28,266 nt of DNA, taken from Armatimonadota bacterium. Its GTDB lineage: Bacteria > Armatimonadota > Hebobacteria > CAIYQO01. This document shows, piece after piece, positions 26,056-28,266 of the stretch. The stretch covers positions 1 through 28,266 of the forward strand of contig JBBRXO010000023.1 of NCBI GenBank assembly GCA_038248345.1, given 5' to 3'. The position numbers were made by a program, and so were the translations under genes. Every line of letters begins with the position of its first letter. Positions within the stretch are counted from its first letter, which is position 1. The notes below the pieces were generated by a model. It was not told the DNA's origin, searched no databases, and saw only the letters and a program-made list of their open reading frames with translations.

Positions 26056-27018
26056 TCATTCCGTTGGTGGAGTTGGTGGTTTTAGCGGCGGCCACACTGG
26101 CGGTTGCGGCGCTTCCGGCGGGGGCGGGGGTGTCGGGACACCCGTGGAGCCGGAGGCGGTCGGATTTAGTGGCGGCCATACTGGCGGCTGCGGCGCTTCT
26201 GGATGTGTCGGGGCACCCGTGGAGCCGGGGGTGGCCATATAAGGCGGAGGTATGGGCACACCCTGTTGCATCATCGGGATGCCAGCGCCGCCATAACCAT
26301 TGAAGGTACGCTAGTAGGCAACGACCATGGCCAGGGATATAATCGGATAAGATACCAGGCCGACCAGGAAACCAAGCATCACAATATTCAATATCATCTG
26401 CGCTATCCCCAACATAAAAATAAGAACGACAAAGAATATCATGTAAAAGAACATCTCTTTCTTTGTCGTTTCATATGATTCGGATAATGCTTCGCCAATG
26501 GGTTTATTGCGGTCAATGAGGATAGGCAAGGCCAGACAGAAGAGAGCGCCGGTGAAAAGCATGCCAATGCCGCATCCTAAGACTCCTAGCCCGATTACCA
26601 GGTTGATAACGAAATATCCCCAGCCAAACTTGGTGCCGGTGAAGAGATCCGATACGCTGATTTCCTGGCCGCGAATCTGTTTGAGCGCAGTTACTACGAT
26701 TCCCGGGTAGATTATCGCTGAAACAATCCATGCAACGACCATTACCATCAATATTAAAACAAAAAAACCGCCCATGTTATCCATCATCATGCGTTCCATA
26801 CTAGCGCCTCGAGCACCTGAAATAAGGGGCAAAAAGATGGCGGCACCGAAGATAAGCCCGACTAATAACACTGGGACAACGACAATTAAAGTTGCGATCA
26901 ACCCTTGCAGCGCATATACCCACCAGCGTGCAAATAACAACTGGAATACCTCCGTGAACCACGGGCCGAAGTTGTCGAAACCGGTTCGCGGTTGTTGCGA
27001 ATAACTACTGTATGCCAT
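26056..27018 (-). CDS. Membrane protein with a Pro-rich C-terminal tail, interrupted by one in-frame TAG at 26311-26313 (235 aa if terminated, 320 aa if read through)
   Basis: ORFs 26311..27018 and 26056..26274 share a frame; the join reads VVAY*RTFNGYGGAGIPMMQQGVPIPPPY. GGGAG RBS at the 5' start. Confidence 0.8.
26081..26228 (-). repeat. Intragenic direct repeat, two copies of GSTGxPT..PEAPQPPVWPPL
   Basis: Units 26081-26153 and 26165-26228; differences are mostly synonymous, plus a 9-nt in-frame indel. Confidence 0.85.
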
Positions 27019-27174
27019 GATCTGTCTCCCTTTTAAAATATTTGTCGGGAAATACCGACTGCTTGTTATATTCGTTACACAAATGAGGGTTCCTGCTAGA
27101 TTTTCTACACAAACAAATAATTTTCACGGGAAATGCTGAATTATTTTTCCTGAACGCTGTATAATATCCCCACT

Positions 27175-28266
27175 ATGACGAAGAAACCATTGTTGACCTT
27201 GATACAGCCGCCTATCCTGGAGGAGAAATATCCCGGGGTGCCGTTTCGCTTTGATCCGATCTCGCTGCTGACGCTGGCCGCGCTGACGCCGCGGGAGGAG
27301 TTCGACGTGCGCATCATTGACGACTCCTTCGGCAAGACGCTGGAGCCGAGTATCGACTTGTCCTCGGCGCTGGTGGGGATTACCGTGGTGAATGTCGCCG
27401 CCTCCGCCGCCTATGCGCTGGCGAAGATCTACCGGGAGCACGGCATCCCGGTGATCCTGGGCGGGGCGCATGTGACGATGAACCCGGAGGACGCCGCCCC
27501 GCACGCCGACTGCATCGTCATCGGCGAGGTGGAGAATGAGTGGGGCACGATACTGGCGGATTTCCGCGCCGGGCAACTGCAGAGCGTTTACCATTTCGCT
27601 CCGCCAACTCCTATTGACATCACTATCGATCGCGACATCATCCCCAACTACCAGGAAGAGTACCCGCTACTCTCGGCGATACAGACCACGCGTGGCTGCC
27701 CCAACTGCTGCGAGTTCTGCGCCCCGGCGATGATCTATGGGCAGCAGATCCGCCACCGCCCGGTTGCCGATGTAGTGGCGGAGTTGCGCACGCTGAAGGA
27801 GCGCTATGGGCGCGATGTGATCGGCTTCACCGATGACAACATCACGGGCGACCGCAAGTACCTGCGCGAGCTGCTCACCGCGATAATCCCGCTGAAGATA
27901 CATTGGGCCTCGCAGATGTGCCTGGACGTGGCGCGCGATGAGGAGCTGCTGGAGCTACTGGTGCGCAGCGGCTGCTTCTCCGCCTTTATCGGGCTGGAAT
28001 CAGTGAACCAGGCGACACTGCAGGTGATCAACAAAAACCTGGACATCAACGAGGTGCCGCTGTTGCTGGCGCGCTTTCGCGCCCGGCGCATCATGGTCAT
28101 CGGCTCCTTCTCCATCGGGCACGACCAGGATGACGAAAGTGTCTTTGCCGACACGCTGGCCTTCTGCCGCGCCAATGACATCGAGTTCCCGCTCTTCGTC
28201 CCCCTCACCGCCTACAAAGGGTTGCGTCTATATAATAGGTTGGAGAAAGAAGACCGCCTGCAGCCC
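27175..28266 (+). CDS. Cobalamin-binding-domain radical SAM protein (3' end runs off the window; absent from the ORF track)
   Basis: Open frame MTKKPLLTLIQPP...LLTLAALTP...VILGGAHVT...IVIGEVE...IQTTRGCPNCCEFC (CxxxCxxC)...FTDDN...FIGLES. Confidence 0.93.
   Translation, partial: MTKKPLLTLIQPPILEEKYPGVPFRFDPISLLTLAALTPREEFDVRIIDDSFGKTLEPSIDLSSALVGITVVNVAASAAYALAKIYREHGIPVILGGAHVTMNPEDAAPHADCIVIGEVENEWGTILADFRAGQLQSVYHFAPPTPIDITIDRDIIPNYQEEYPLLSAIQTTRGCPNCCEFCAPAMIYGQQIRHRPVADVVAELRTLKERYGRDVIGFTDDNITGDRKYLRELLTAIIPLKIHWASQMCLDVARDEELLELLVRSGCFSAFIGLESVNQATLQVINKNLDINEVPLLLARFRARRIMVIGSFSIGHDQDDESVFADTLAFCRANDIEFPLFVPLTAYKGLRLYNRLEKEDRLQP

Noticed and set aside
26311..26313. Genome-wide TAG reassignment
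   Set aside because: dnaA, dnaN and paralogue 2 stop at TAG at their expected C-termini, and no other gene here shows an internal TAG.
1..28266. CRISPR array, transposase, integrase or prophage
   Set aside because: No regularly spaced direct repeats and no such coding motifs were seen.

Overview
A bacterial chromosomal window spanning the probable replication origin. Left of the origin, all genes are on the minus strand: three tandem paralogues of a ~1420-aa secreted protein (the first cut by the window edge), a 778-aa hypothetical protein and alaS. The alaS-dnaA gap holds a DnaA-box cluster with a Bacillus-like 'DnaA-trios + GCC + overlapping boxes' unwinding module. Right of it, dnaA and dnaN are separated by an antisense two-gene cassette (flavoprotein + polytopic membrane protein). 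Then come thyX, a YdaM-like GT2 glycosyltransferase, a membrane protein gene split by one in-frame TAG, and a partial B12-binding radical SAM gene. Five intergenic regions carry REP/REPIN-like palindromes, with no transposase in the window. No rRNA, tRNA or CRISPR array was seen. All protein family calls come from motif recognition by eye, not from database searches.
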